This document shows positions 33,101-41,140 of a DNA stretch of 64,000 nt, in pieces. The stretch's first letter is position 1; each line of letters opens with the position of its first letter. The notes under the pieces are model-generated. The model worked only from the letters and a program-made list of their open reading frames with translations. It was not told the origin of the DNA and made no database searches. The translations under genes and the position numbers were made by a program. Origin of the DNA: a virus; IMG/VR virus record IMGVR_UViG_3300032315_001186, positions 9,072-73,071 of that record; one strand, 5' to 3'.

Positions 33101-33686
33101 ATATAAAAATTGGGAAGGTACTGAAGGTTTTGTATCTGGAATCACCTATGCTAATTTTAGTAACATTTTGAAACAAAAAACTACAGACCCGAGAGTAAGA
33201 GCAATGGTATTCTACACCGCATACAATAATGGACATGACGACAACCAATTTATTACGTTCAACTACGACCTAGGAGGTACCCCGTTAGGTGGATACCCAA
33301 TACCAAACATAAGTTATGGCGGATTGAATAGTTATATGTCAGATGTTTATACTTGTAAACAATTTCCAAATGGTGGTAGAGTTCCATTCGCTACCTTTGC
33401 AAGTTTTGAAAAATCAATTGAGTTTATCAAAAACTTGTATTTTACAACAAATAGTAACAATCTTTTAATACCTGATACTAAAATTGGTTATAATAATAAG
33501 TGGGTAACTGAAGCAGATTATGTTGAAAATATGTTAAACCTTTGGGCTTACTATTGGTCAAGAAAAAGATTCCAAACTTCAGAAGATTTCCAAAAATGGA
33601 AAACGAATAATACTGATCAGACAGAAACATTTGCAAAAGTAGGAAAGGAAGTTTATCAAAAACTTAAACAATTTAAGTTGATTTAA
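27153..33686 (+). CDS. very large baseplate hub protein (gp27/VgrG-like elements)
   Basis: VEALGCALIQPTMYF...NGAYQIQSVEHRI...FKTYFEGIR hub motif; position after the LysM gene. Confidence 0.55.
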   Translation: MADNLSRVNEDVFVVQSYDNIVLVDPNKVINQDGQVRERGIRQEDFVMYANLEAQMLPRTKLIQGQAQDDGIQTQVLASINFLRPGGKTFLDNTYTDQFTGLNSLTAEGINQPSIQQISKPNKSSEFYYTQNTINKQDTGLLGIESIAIKNTRSFTPTVDMVLIDTHGRALFEKGENSEYAFFFNLPYPTFYLTIKGYYGKAIKYQLILTKFSAAFESATGNYRITLQFYSYKYTVLAETQIGALFATPFMYASDFKITTEQSPSISASQVSVGDDKKTAINVRTTRGRQFISDVYKKYKSLGLLDPDFPEVSFPEFRAQLQSLQKNLETTFGQSDFTPLTNADEYFEILQTFRTAITDPTTESSWFRKYIDTDKLFILNQVNNKPQTQVWILNQQTRSNSQFVENALTELQQIVTKYKSVLQKNSTFGVGGTFTVEKLRYTSQIKTIEQIDASKSKDKALVQENSFVKLLNANDIDWIATYEARYKRKPLNELEWTTLRNEETQFFQTILDEALKDVKFPNYTFVFSDGVGQFEEIIYKTFGELEKQRSIVIEKLSLFLSKKIEGPNGLGFKPTMRNVMGIIFASVEAFYRLLNLVHKDAWSQRNNPLKKLACYGQGNDGVSPDIKNNNKDVNQNNLVNQEVYPWPLYLTKQIEKDGKQNYVVMYPGEQSELQRTRASDYQIWPEVQFVEEYIRGITKSYQSESQQSGNLSENDIGRIINRITVNAVEFPTSNAILSDLQDVKFLYEIYERVLLQTFWDRLSRPNAEKVGIIDSLSEMELINIRNALNSFSNPLITKLLKNTAFSSANYLQVLRNISNEGVGISWQQFIRGIFTSDYLRAKTQKDFSILSVATISSGAQNSSKDTSILKNVQEFIKSSSSNTTDLLDLYPFVDNSWVQQNLSNVNNNSSYNSTTRSLFLNDTLNYITNFQTIANTENNINRPFVNNSYLSFTEPNIVISNFPQQIGSNNFVDFNTYYTENRTLSKFAITEGSLSYNGNTGNLTPNQTVSMLNTPYFTNAFIEGVQNDRNDIQYPYLKAAYLFLNSLPLSTLREPLKDIVDVTSNVNNVSKDYLFATLTKFGAIHRLPYAWILKYGSIWHRYKKYVESGVDILDSVWKNVDVGQIYYPTTNSLQHQYVTKDLYGSGITIYAQTEILNPGSIESIQKKYVGFYPSLVNDVLFFYTGLDFLTGYTNNDLDKFVDEGLNIGATDATMREGIGFDPNFTNRYASLDFQGWFMTFNTKTSTKFNTTARNKTIVLPSFGTNYNQVKYECFKNNGTRLIMSQPILNNTAVNDGSIRFFWGAPNFGYFDNSSITKPAYNEYVNLIQPSKDNSNAFEMSNKYSNIEEIFGVFKTEILDEFETEFLNFSRSSRQFNSQELLSDDFVNRSFQQVFANCLVVDEVSKELTQTNYVNTCVTKQGKVLTEAIQKFLNYNIAFKFGNPGNFDRKLFGSVTTDDRYRVFDGYDFSPYVLGSLPGDGSGISLVQSELNNPESWKTLKTYVGFASVDGMKYSDNGSYITDFFITMNVGFTPENIQIVAPLVKIFATQKLGEPFNNYTRSDFVTEINDFYTTKNNFLNLVLNSLFNLLQKQLPQVEESTVKPLLTAIDGVQPKIELYQAFKSFNDKWIAGANFDEKTIFEEVLFLDRANRDVGDVLVDPFKLLEFFNSYASLDARVIDFVSKILVDNKFFMMPIPAYINWWGQGEVRNGVEPKSQTVEDIANNLFGIYNNVDTRDSKPAFLCYYVGNPSEHLDLNQNSNYGWRSDGFDFANQSQNSLATTNTKQNWANTNRVVGFNVDFGTRNQSIFSSINLDQNLGASTTEANKVITEMAAQAGGLRTSLGSVSLYNLYKTRSYNVRVEALGCALIQPTMYFNLRYVPMFNGAYQIQSVEHRIEAGSFKTYFEGIRMPFYSLAKIDTQLLSINNNLLSELVQQVRRLKQSSAPTTGTTNNISIVNSIQTNLRYTTAQPIFCDASIRSSELPYKNWEGTEGFVSGITYANFSNILKQKTTDPRVRAMVFYTAYNNGHDDNQFITFNYDLGGTPLGGYPIPNISYGGLNSYMSDVYTCKQFPNGGRVPFATFASFEKSIEFIKNLYFTTNSNNLLIPDTKIGYNNKWVTEADYVENMLNLWAYYWSRKRFQTSEDFQKWKTNNTDQTETFAKVGKEVYQKLKQFKLI

Positions 33687-33706
33687 TTCAATATCAATAT
33701 ATTTAT

Positions 33707-33946
33707 AATAAATCCACCGAAAAACCCATCGGTTTTCAGCCGATGGGATGGAAGGTGTGAATTGACTAAAAAAAACCAAATGAAAAACATCCAAATTAAA
33801 GGATATAAACAAACATCGTCAGGAACTGACGATTACAGACGTGGAGATGAAATAAGACCAACTATTGTTCACACAATCAATGAAGCGTCCAAAATTCTGA
33901 ACTTAGTTTCAGAAACCCAACCATCTTTAGTGGTTGGGTAGTTCAA
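33707..33946 (+). mobile_element. non-autonomous IS200/IS605-derived element A (left end + omega-RNA region + right end, tnpB deleted)
   Basis: Left hairpin CCCATCGGTT-TTC-AGCCGATGGG nearly identical to 63842-63864; right hairpin CCCAACCA-TCTTTAG-TGGTTGGG then TAGTTCAA; preceded by TTTAT. Confidence 0.8.
33810..33946 (+). ncRNA. putative TnpB omega-RNA (reRNA) scaffold
   Basis: TCGTCAG-GAA-CTGACGA hairpin, ...CGTGGAGAT block, TCTGAA...TTCAGA hairpin and right-end hairpin; same layout as the 3' region of the tnpB remnant at 63608-63710. The 5' limit is approximate. Confidence 0.6.
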
Positions 33947-33958
33947 TGAAAAAAGATT

Positions 33959-34183
33959 ATGGAACTACAAAATATTTTAGACAATTATTTGGGTAAAAGA
34001 ACGCGTTATACCCAAAAACAAGTAGCAAATGGCTTTAGTGAGGTTTGCGATTTAGATACAGGTGACTGTTATACTGTTAGAGAAAGAGACGGATTAATTG
34101 AGAGAGTTGACAATACAATGAGAACAAATAAAAAAATCCAAGTAGAAACATCTCACGGAATTAAACAATTATTAAATGGATAA
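33959..34183 (+). CDS. hypothetical protein, 74 aa
   Basis: ORF with EVCDLDTGDCYTV motif, tightly linked to the next gene. Confidence 0.7.
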   Translation: MELQNILDNYLGKRTRYTQKQVANGFSEVCDLDTGDCYTVRERDGLIERVDNTMRTNKKIQVETSHGIKQLLNG

Positions 34184-34186
34184 CAT

Positions 34187-34837
34187 ATGTCTATAGAAAA
34201 AAAAATTCTTCAAGAAATCAGACGCCATCACCAAATTAACAAATATGTGACGGAACAAGAAGTTGCACCTGATGCAGCACCACCAATTCTAGATCCCAAT
34301 GCTCCACCACTCGGTGCTACAGACCCTATGCTTCCACAAGAGGCACCAAAACCTGAAGTTATTGATGTATCTCAAGATGACGAAGTTGAAAAAATCGGTT
34401 CTGAAGGTCAGACTGACGAAACTGAATCAGGAACCGAGGAACTTGAGATTACGGATCTAGTAAATGCTCAAAAGGATATACAAAGTAAACAAGAAGAATA
34501 CTTCGATAAGATGTTTAAACAATTAGAGACACTTCAATCAAAAGTAGGTGAAATGGATCAGTTAATTGATAAAATCAATTCGTTAGAAACAAAAGTTGAA
34601 AAATACAGACCCAAAACCGCTCAAGAAAAATTAGAATTGAGAAGTTTGGATTCAGGCCCATTCAACCAAAAGTTGACAGATTTTTTTGATGAAAAAGAAG
34701 AAGACCTTGAAAAGTCGGGAAAAAATGAGTATATTCTGACATCAGACGAAGTAGAAAACATTGTACCATCAGAAGTTAAAAAAAGTTTTGATATTACTCT
34801 ACCTACACCTGATACAAATTTCAGATCCTATTATTGA
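34187..34837 (+). CDS. hypothetical acidic coiled-coil protein
   Basis: ORF with Pro-rich linker and heptad pattern. Confidence 0.75.
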   Translation: MSIEKKILQEIRRHHQINKYVTEQEVAPDAAPPILDPNAPPLGATDPMLPQEAPKPEVIDVSQDDEVEKIGSEGQTDETESGTEELEITDLVNAQKDIQSKQEEYFDKMFKQLETLQSKVGEMDQLIDKINSLETKVEKYRPKTAQEKLELRSLDSGPFNQKLTDFFDEKEEDLEKSGKNEYILTSDEVENIVPSEVKKSFDITLPTPDTNFRSYY

Positions 34838-34861
34838 TTTTTTTATATTTTATCGTATATT

Positions 34862-34889
34862 AAAAGGGTTATTAAACCCTTTTTTTTTT
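34862..34889 (+). terminator. Rho-independent terminator
   Basis: AAAAGGGTT-ATTA-AACCCTTTT plus T run. Confidence 0.7.
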
Positions 34890-34918
34890 ATTCACTATTT
34901 TAAATTTCTAAAAACAAC

Positions 34919-35749
34919 ATGATGAGTTCATTAGACGCCGTTTTGGCACAGTACGAGAAAAACCATTCAGGTGATGGTTTATCTCAAGAGGAAAAAATGA
35001 AGAAATACTTCGCTTGTATCCTCCCACAAAATTCCTCAACAGGACAAAAAAGAGTACGAATTCTCCCTACCAAAGATGGTTCGTCCCCATTCAAAGAAGT
35101 TTACTACCATGAACTTCAAGTCGGTGGAAAATGGGTAAAACTGTATGACCCAGGTAAAAATGATAATGAGAGGTCTCCTTTGAACGAGCTCTACGAAGAG
35201 TTGAGGTCTACAGGAAAAGAGTCAGACAAAGAGTTGGCGAAACAATATAATTCAAGAAAGTTTTATATTGTAAAAGTCATCGATCGTGATGCTGAAGAAG
35301 AGGGTGTAAAGTTTTGGAGGTTCAAACACAACTACAAAAATGATGGGATTCTTGATAAGATCATTCCTATTTGGAGACAAAAGGGTGATATCACAGACTC
35401 CGAAAAAGGTCGAGATTTAATTATTGAGATGGCAAAACAAAAAACACCCAAAGGTGCGGAGTATACCGCAATCCAAACCATCATGCATGATGACCCTAAC
35501 CCACTACACACTGATCCAAAAATCAAAGAAGAGTGGATTAAGGATGAACTAACGTGGAATGATGTATACTCTAAAAAACCAGTCGAGTATCTTGAAGCAA
35601 TTTCAAGAGGAGAAACACCACGTTGGGACTCTAATGCTAATAAGTACGTTTACGGAGATTCAACTGAATCACAAACAAGTATGGGCGGTGCGTCATCCTA
35701 TGAAGATCCACAAATCAACGCTGAACCAGATGAGGATCTTCCCTTCTAA
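34919..35749 (+). CDS. single-stranded DNA-binding protein (T4 gp32-like)
   Basis: VRILP, KVIDR, KGRDLII pattern and acidic DEDLPF C-terminus. Confidence 0.8.
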   Translation: MMSSLDAVLAQYEKNHSGDGLSQEEKMKKYFACILPQNSSTGQKRVRILPTKDGSSPFKEVYYHELQVGGKWVKLYDPGKNDNERSPLNELYEELRSTGKESDKELAKQYNSRKFYIVKVIDRDAEEEGVKFWRFKHNYKNDGILDKIIPIWRQKGDITDSEKGRDLIIEMAKQKTPKGAEYTAIQTIMHDDPNPLHTDPKIKEEWIKDELTWNDVYSKKPVEYLEAISRGETPRWDSNANKYVYGDSTESQTSMGGASSYEDPQINAEPDEDLPF

Positions 35750-35761
35750 GATTAGAAAAAA

Positions 35762-36208
35762 ATGAAAAAAGTATACATTGCTTCAGACCACGCAGGAGTA
35801 GATTTGAAAGAACTACTTGTGAAAAGATTACAGTCGGATGGTTTAGATGTTGAGGATCTAGGTCCTAACACCTATGATGCGGTCGACTACCCTGACTTCG
35901 CTCACAAAGTATCCAAGAAAATCTCAAATGAACCTGAGAATTTTGGAATACTCCTGTGTGGATCTGGTAATGGTGTATCAATTACATCCAACAAATGGGC
36001 AAATGTTAGAGCGGCAGTTTGTTGGAACTCTGAGACGGCATCTCTAGCAAGGTTACACAACAATGCAAACATATTGTGTATACCTGCTAGATTCGTCTCT
36101 GTAGAAGATGCTATCGATATTTTGGATTATTTTATGGAAACCAAATTCGAAGGTGGAAGACACGAAAGAAGAGTCAACAAAATTCACATACCAACACATT
36201 TAATTTAA
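35762..36208 (+). CDS. rpiB: ribose-5-phosphate isomerase B
   Basis: ASDHAG, VDYPD, LCGSGNG, ARLHNNAN, FEGGRHERRV. Confidence 0.95.
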   Translation: MKKVYIASDHAGVDLKELLVKRLQSDGLDVEDLGPNTYDAVDYPDFAHKVSKKISNEPENFGILLCGSGNGVSITSNKWANVRAAVCWNSETASLARLHNNANILCIPARFVSVEDAIDILDYFMETKFEGGRHERRVNKIHIPTHLI

Positions 36209-36211
36209 GTT

Positions 36212-37225
36212 ATGGCAATTAAGAAAAAAGATTTTACAGATATTAAGAAAAAGTTTTCCACATCCGCTAAATACAAGCCTCAAGAGTACTTTGATTTAGG
36301 CCGTGAATTTTTGGATGCCGTTGGCTTACCAGGCCCAGCGATTGGTCACATCAATATGTTACTCGGTCACTCTGACACGGGAAAAACCACCGCATTAATC
36401 AAAACAGCGATTGATGCTCAAAGGAGAAATATTCTACCCGTATTTATTATAACCGAACAGAAATGGGATTTTGGTCATGCAAAAATGATGGGTTTCGAAT
36501 GTGAAGAAATTGTTGATGAGTCGACAGGTGAAATAGATTGGGAGGGGTTCTTTTTATTCAACAATAATTTTTTGTACATAGAACAAATCACAGATTATAT
36601 CAATGAAATTTTGGATGCCCAGGAAAAAGGAGAAATTGATTATGATTTAGTTTTCCTTTGGGATAGTGTGGGATCGGTACCTTGTAAAATGACTTATGAC
36701 GGTAAAGGTGGTAAACAACACAATGCATCTGTTCTATCTGATAAAATTGGTATGGGCATCAATCAAAGAATTTCTGGAACAAGAAAATCTGAATCAAAAT
36801 TCCAAAACTCACTGGTAATTGTTGCCCAACCTTGGGTTGAGCTTCCTGATAATCCATTTGGACAACCCAAAATCAAGAGTAAAGGTGGTGAATCTATTTG
36901 GTTAAACTCATCGATCGTATTGTTGTTTGGGAATCAAAAGGGTGCTGGTACAACTAAAATTACGGCAACCAAGGACAAGAGAACTGTCAAATTTGCATCT
37001 CGTACCAAAATTTCAGTATTGAAAAACCACATTAATGGTTTGGGTTATGAGGATGGTAAAATCATTGTAACACCTCATGGGTTTATTTCGGGTAAAGATA
37101 GTACCGAAGAAAAAACTTCTGTTGAAAAATACAAAAAAGAATACGCCGATTATTGGAAAGAAATTCTCGGATTGGAAGGTGATTTTACATTGAAGGAAGA
37201 AACTGAGATAGATAATGAACAATAG
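36212..37225 (+). CDS. RecA/UvsX-like recombinase
   Basis: GHSDTGKTT Walker A, WDSVG Walker B, KGG and KNH motifs. Confidence 0.85.
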   Translation: MAIKKKDFTDIKKKFSTSAKYKPQEYFDLGREFLDAVGLPGPAIGHINMLLGHSDTGKTTALIKTAIDAQRRNILPVFIITEQKWDFGHAKMMGFECEEIVDESTGEIDWEGFFLFNNNFLYIEQITDYINEILDAQEKGEIDYDLVFLWDSVGSVPCKMTYDGKGGKQHNASVLSDKIGMGINQRISGTRKSESKFQNSLVIVAQPWVELPDNPFGQPKIKSKGGESIWLNSSIVLLFGNQKGAGTTKITATKDKRTVKFASRTKISVLKNHINGLGYEDGKIIVTPHGFISGKDSTEEKTSVEKYKKEYADYWKEILGLEGDFTLKEETEIDNEQ

Positions 37226-38232
37226 TGAAAACATTATTAATTGATGGAGATAATTTATTCAATCTCGGATTCTTTGGTGTCAGAGACTTCTTTGTTGACG
37301 GAACACACATCGGTGGATTATACCATTTCATCGACGCCATTCGTAAACAATTGGACGAACACGATTACGACAAAGTATTTGTCGTTTGGGATGACGAACA
37401 TAACTCAAGTAGGCGACGAGAAATATACCCTTACTATAAGTTAAATCGTAGAGAAAGACTGAATGAGTTCCAAAGAGAATCATTCAATATTCAAAAAAAC
37501 AAAGTCCAAAATTATCTAGAGGAGTTTTTTATAAGACAACTTAAAGTTCCTTACAATGAGGGTGATGATTTAATTTCCTACTATTGTCTACACGCAGAAA
37601 AAGAAACAATTACCATTTTTTCTTCAGATAAAGATTTACTTCAACTTTTAAATTCACGAATTAGTGTTTATTCTCCACTTCACAAAAAATATTTTTACGA
37701 AGGTGATAAAATAAAACTTGATGAAATAGAAGTTCCTCACGTTAACTTACTACTTGCTAAAATTTTATTAGGCGACAAATCTGATAATGTTTTTGGAATA
37801 TTAAACTTCGGTGAAAAAACTTTGGTTAAATTTTTTCCAGAGGTATTGGAACATCCAACAACACTTGAACATATTCTAAGTAAAACAACAGAAATATATC
37901 AAACTAAAAAATTGAAGGGTTTAGAGAATCTGATGAGTGGTAGATGTAAGAATTCGGAAGAGGGAATGGAGTTTTTCAATAAAAGAAGAATGATTATGGA
38001 TTTACACAACCCTATGATAACTGAAAATGCAAAAGAGTTGGTTCTAGAAAACATTCGAGATAATATAGACCCTGAAGGAAGAAGTTACAAAAATGTTATT
38101 CGAATGATGACACAAGATGGGTTTTTTAAGTATCTCCCTAAAACAGATGAAGGGTTTGTTGAGTTCCTTCGTCCGTTTATGAAGTTAACAAGAAAAGAAA
38201 AAAGAAAATTCAACAGAGAAGAAAAAAGTTAA
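37225..38232 (+). CDS. 5'-3' exonuclease/RNase H (flap endonuclease family)
   Basis: LLIDGDNL, YKLNR, EGDD, SSDKDLLQ, GDKSDNV. Confidence 0.9.
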   Translation: MKTLLIDGDNLFNLGFFGVRDFFVDGTHIGGLYHFIDAIRKQLDEHDYDKVFVVWDDEHNSSRRREIYPYYKLNRRERLNEFQRESFNIQKNKVQNYLEEFFIRQLKVPYNEGDDLISYYCLHAEKETITIFSSDKDLLQLLNSRISVYSPLHKKYFYEGDKIKLDEIEVPHVNLLLAKILLGDKSDNVFGILNFGEKTLVKFFPEVLEHPTTLEHILSKTTEIYQTKKLKGLENLMSGRCKNSEEGMEFFNKRRMIMDLHNPMITENAKELVLENIRDNIDPEGRSYKNVIRMMTQDGFFKYLPKTDEGFVEFLRPFMKLTRKEKRKFNREEKS

Positions 38233-38285
38233 AAAAATTTGAAAAACCCAAAAAAACCCTTATATTTTAATAAATTCAATAAATT

Positions 38286-38735
38286 ATGAAAGAACAAGAT
38301 TTAACTAAGTTAGAATTCCTTATCACATTGAATAACAATATTGTTATTCAAAGATATTTCAATGTGAAAAATTACAATCCCGTGGCTGAGAGATCACTCG
38401 AAGTTTATGATTACATGAGATATTTTGTCGAAGAGTTTCTTACGGAACAGAAAATGAGAACCACAGTTTATATGATGGATCTCGTGGATGAGATTATGGA
38501 GGATCCTACAATATTGGAGACCTCTATGACCGATGGACCTGAAATTTTTCACTTCAAAATAATGAAAGAAAATATGACAATTTGTCATAGATCACTAGAT
38601 GCAAAAATTTTTCCACCTAAAATAAGATACACCGTAGACATACGTCAGCAAGTAAAAAGTGTACTTAAGGACCTTACTGACATTTTTGCAGCGAAAGATT
38701 TTGAGACAAATTACCTTGACTATAGTCTAGTTTGA
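38286..38735 (+). CDS. hypothetical protein
   Basis: 149-aa ORF in the replication block. Confidence 0.75.
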   Translation: MKEQDLTKLEFLITLNNNIVIQRYFNVKNYNPVAERSLEVYDYMRYFVEEFLTEQKMRTTVYMMDLVDEIMEDPTILETSMTDGPEIFHFKIMKENMTICHRSLDAKIFPPKIRYTVDIRQQVKSVLKDLTDIFAAKDFETNYLDYSLV

Positions 38736-38766
38736 TTGTATTTATCAATACACAAAATAAAAAATT

Positions 38767-40149
38767 ATGTCGAGAAACTTTGAATATTTAGGAGAAACTT
38801 TCCAATTACAACTTATCAATCAACTTATTGTTGAGAAGGATTTTTCACACACTATTCTCGACGTATTAGAATCAACACACTTCGAAAACAAGTATTTCAA
38901 AACACTTGTTCAACTGATAAAAGAGTATTACATCAAGTATGAATGCTCACCCTCCTTTGAAACGCTTTATCAAATTGTTAAAAGTGAATTTCCACAAGAA
39001 CTGATGTTGAAGATATTGAATGACACAATATCAAAAATTCAAAAAGCCCCCATCGATGGTCTTGCCTTTGTACAAGAAAAAGCCCTGAAGTTCTGTAAAC
39101 AACAAGAATTACAGAAAGCCATTACCAAATCGCAAAAGATATTGGATAGTGGGGAGTTCGAAAACTACGACAAGTTAGAGGAATTGATTAAATCAGCTCT
39201 TCAGATTGGAGAAAACAACAAAAACATTGTAGATGTTTTCGATGATCTCGAGGACCTTCTTAAAGAAGATTTCAGACACCCAATTCCTATGGGTATACCT
39301 GGTATCGACAACCTATTAAAAGGTGGACTAGCAAAGGGAGAAATAGGTGTAATACTCGCTCCGACAGGGGTTGGTAAATCGACCATTCTTACTAAGATCG
39401 CAAACACAGCATTTAACTTAGGATTCAATGTACTTCAAATATTTTTTGAGGACAACTTGAAAGTAATCCAAAGAAAACACTTCACACTTTGGACTGGAAT
39501 TTCTCCCGATGACTTACCAAATCATAAAGATGATGTAATCGCTAAAGCTGAAGAAATCCGAAACACTTCTCAAAATAATTTATACCTTAAAAAACTAGCA
39601 TCAGATACATATACTATGACTCAAATCAAAAGTATGGTAAGAAAAATGATAGCGGACGGTAATCCAATTGATATGATTGTTTTGGATTATATTGATTGTG
39701 TCGTACCTGATAAAAACTTGGGAGATGAATGGAAAAGTGAAGGTTCTGTGATGAGGGGATATGAGGCGATGTGTCATGAAATTGGTGTTGCAGGTTGGAC
39801 TGCAACCCAAGGAAATAGGAGTAGTATATCCTCTGAGATCGTAACTACCGATCAAATGGGTGGATCTATTAAGAAAGCACAAGTTGGTCACGTAATTATT
39901 ACAGTTGCTAAGACCTTACAACAAAAAGAAGCGGGTCTTGCGACAATGGCCGTTACGAAGTCTAGAATAGGTAAGGATGGAGTAGTATTTGAAAATTGTA
40001 AATTTGATAATGAAATGCTCGTTATTGATACAGAAAATTCTGTAACTTTCTTAGGATTCGAAGAGAACAAAGAAGAAAGAAAAAGAGACAGAATTAAAGA
40101 ACTTATGGAACAAAGACAACAAAGATTGTCAGAAAAAACAAACAACTAA
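38767..40149 (+). CDS. replicative helicase (DnaB/T4 gp41-like)
   Basis: [23 protein letters not shown] motifs. Confidence 0.9.
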   Translation: MSRNFEYLGETFQLQLINQLIVEKDFSHTILDVLESTHFENKYFKTLVQLIKEYYIKYECSPSFETLYQIVKSEFPQELMLKILNDTISKIQKAPIDGLAFVQEKALKFCKQQELQKAITKSQKILDSGEFENYDKLEELIKSALQIGENNKNIVDVFDDLEDLLKEDFRHPIPMGIPGIDNLLKGGLAKGEIGVILAPTGVGKSTILTKIANTAFNLGFNVLQIFFEDNLKVIQRKHFTLWTGISPDDLPNHKDDVIAKAEEIRNTSQNNLYLKKLASDTYTMTQIKSMVRKMIADGNPIDMIVLDYIDCVVPDKNLGDEWKSEGSVMRGYEAMCHEIGVAGWTATQGNRSSISSEIVTTDQMGGSIKKAQVGHVIITVAKTLQQKEAGLATMAVTKSRIGKDGVVFENCKFDNEMLVIDTENSVTFLGFEENKEERKRDRIKELMEQRQQRLSEKTNN

Positions 40150-40165
40150 TTTAAATTTAATAACT

Positions 40166-41128
40166 ATGGAAAAGATTTTACAAGAAAATCCGAATCGTTT
40201 TGTCCTATTCCCAATCCAACATGAAGATTTGTGGAAACTCTACAAACAAGCCCAATCTTGTTTTTGGACAGCTGAAGAAATTGATCTACAACAAGATCTA
40301 ACTGATTGGGAAAAATTAAATGAGGGTGAAAAATATTTTGTCAAGAATGTATTGGCGTTTTTCGCCGCCTCAGACGGGATCGTAAATGAAAACCTTGCTG
40401 AAAACTTCGTAAAAGAAGTTCAGTATACTGAAGCAAAGTTTTTTTACGGGTTTCAAATCATGATGGAAAACGTTCACTCAGAAACTTACTCTCTGTTGAT
40501 TGACACCTATATCAAAGATAAAGAAGAACAAAATATATTGTTCAATGCAATAGAAACTATTCCTGCCGTTAAGAAGAAAGCGGACTGGGCACTTAAATGG
40601 ATTGGATCGTCCTCCTTTACGGAAAGGTTAATTGCCTTTGCGGCAGTAGAGGGTATATTCTTTTCTGGTTCATTTTGTTCAATCTTTTGGCTTAAAAGAC
40701 GTGGATTAATGCCTGGGTTGAGTTTTTCCAATGAATTAATATCTCGGGATGAGGGACTACATACCAATTTTGCGGTTCATTTGTATCGTCATCACATCCA
40801 AGACCAACTATCAAAAGAGAGAGTTTTAGAAATTCTAACCTCAGCACTTACGATTGAAAAAGAGTTTATTACCGAATCACTTCCAGTAGATTTAATCGGA
40901 ATGAACTCTAAACTAATGTGTCAGTACTTGGAGTATGTTACTGATAGACTGTTAGTTGATTTGGGTATTGGTAAAGTTTATAATTCAGAAAACCCATTTG
41001 ATTTTATGCAAAATATTGCATTAGAAAACAAAACAAACTTTTTTGAAAAACGAGTATCTGATTATTCTAAACGAGGGGTGGGGGATGTAATTGAAACCAA
41101 AGAAATAAATTTTGAAGAAGATTTTTAA
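40166..41128 (+). CDS. nrdB: ribonucleotide reductase class Ia beta subunit
   Basis: [47 protein letters not shown]. Confidence 0.97.
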   Translation: MEKILQENPNRFVLFPIQHEDLWKLYKQAQSCFWTAEEIDLQQDLTDWEKLNEGEKYFVKNVLAFFAASDGIVNENLAENFVKEVQYTEAKFFYGFQIMMENVHSETYSLLIDTYIKDKEEQNILFNAIETIPAVKKKADWALKWIGSSSFTERLIAFAAVEGIFFSGSFCSIFWLKRRGLMPGLSFSNELISRDEGLHTNFAVHLYRHHIQDQLSKERVLEILTSALTIEKEFITESLPVDLIGMNSKLMCQYLEYVTDRLLVDLGIGKVYNSENPFDFMQNIALENKTNFFEKRVSDYSKRGVGDVIETKEINFEEDF

Positions 41129-41140
41129 AAATAAAAAGTA

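Noticed and set aside
33947-33966. Omega-RNA guide targeting other loci in the window (e.g. ATGAAAAAAG at the rpiB start)
   Set aside because: Short low-complexity match without an adjacent TTTAT.
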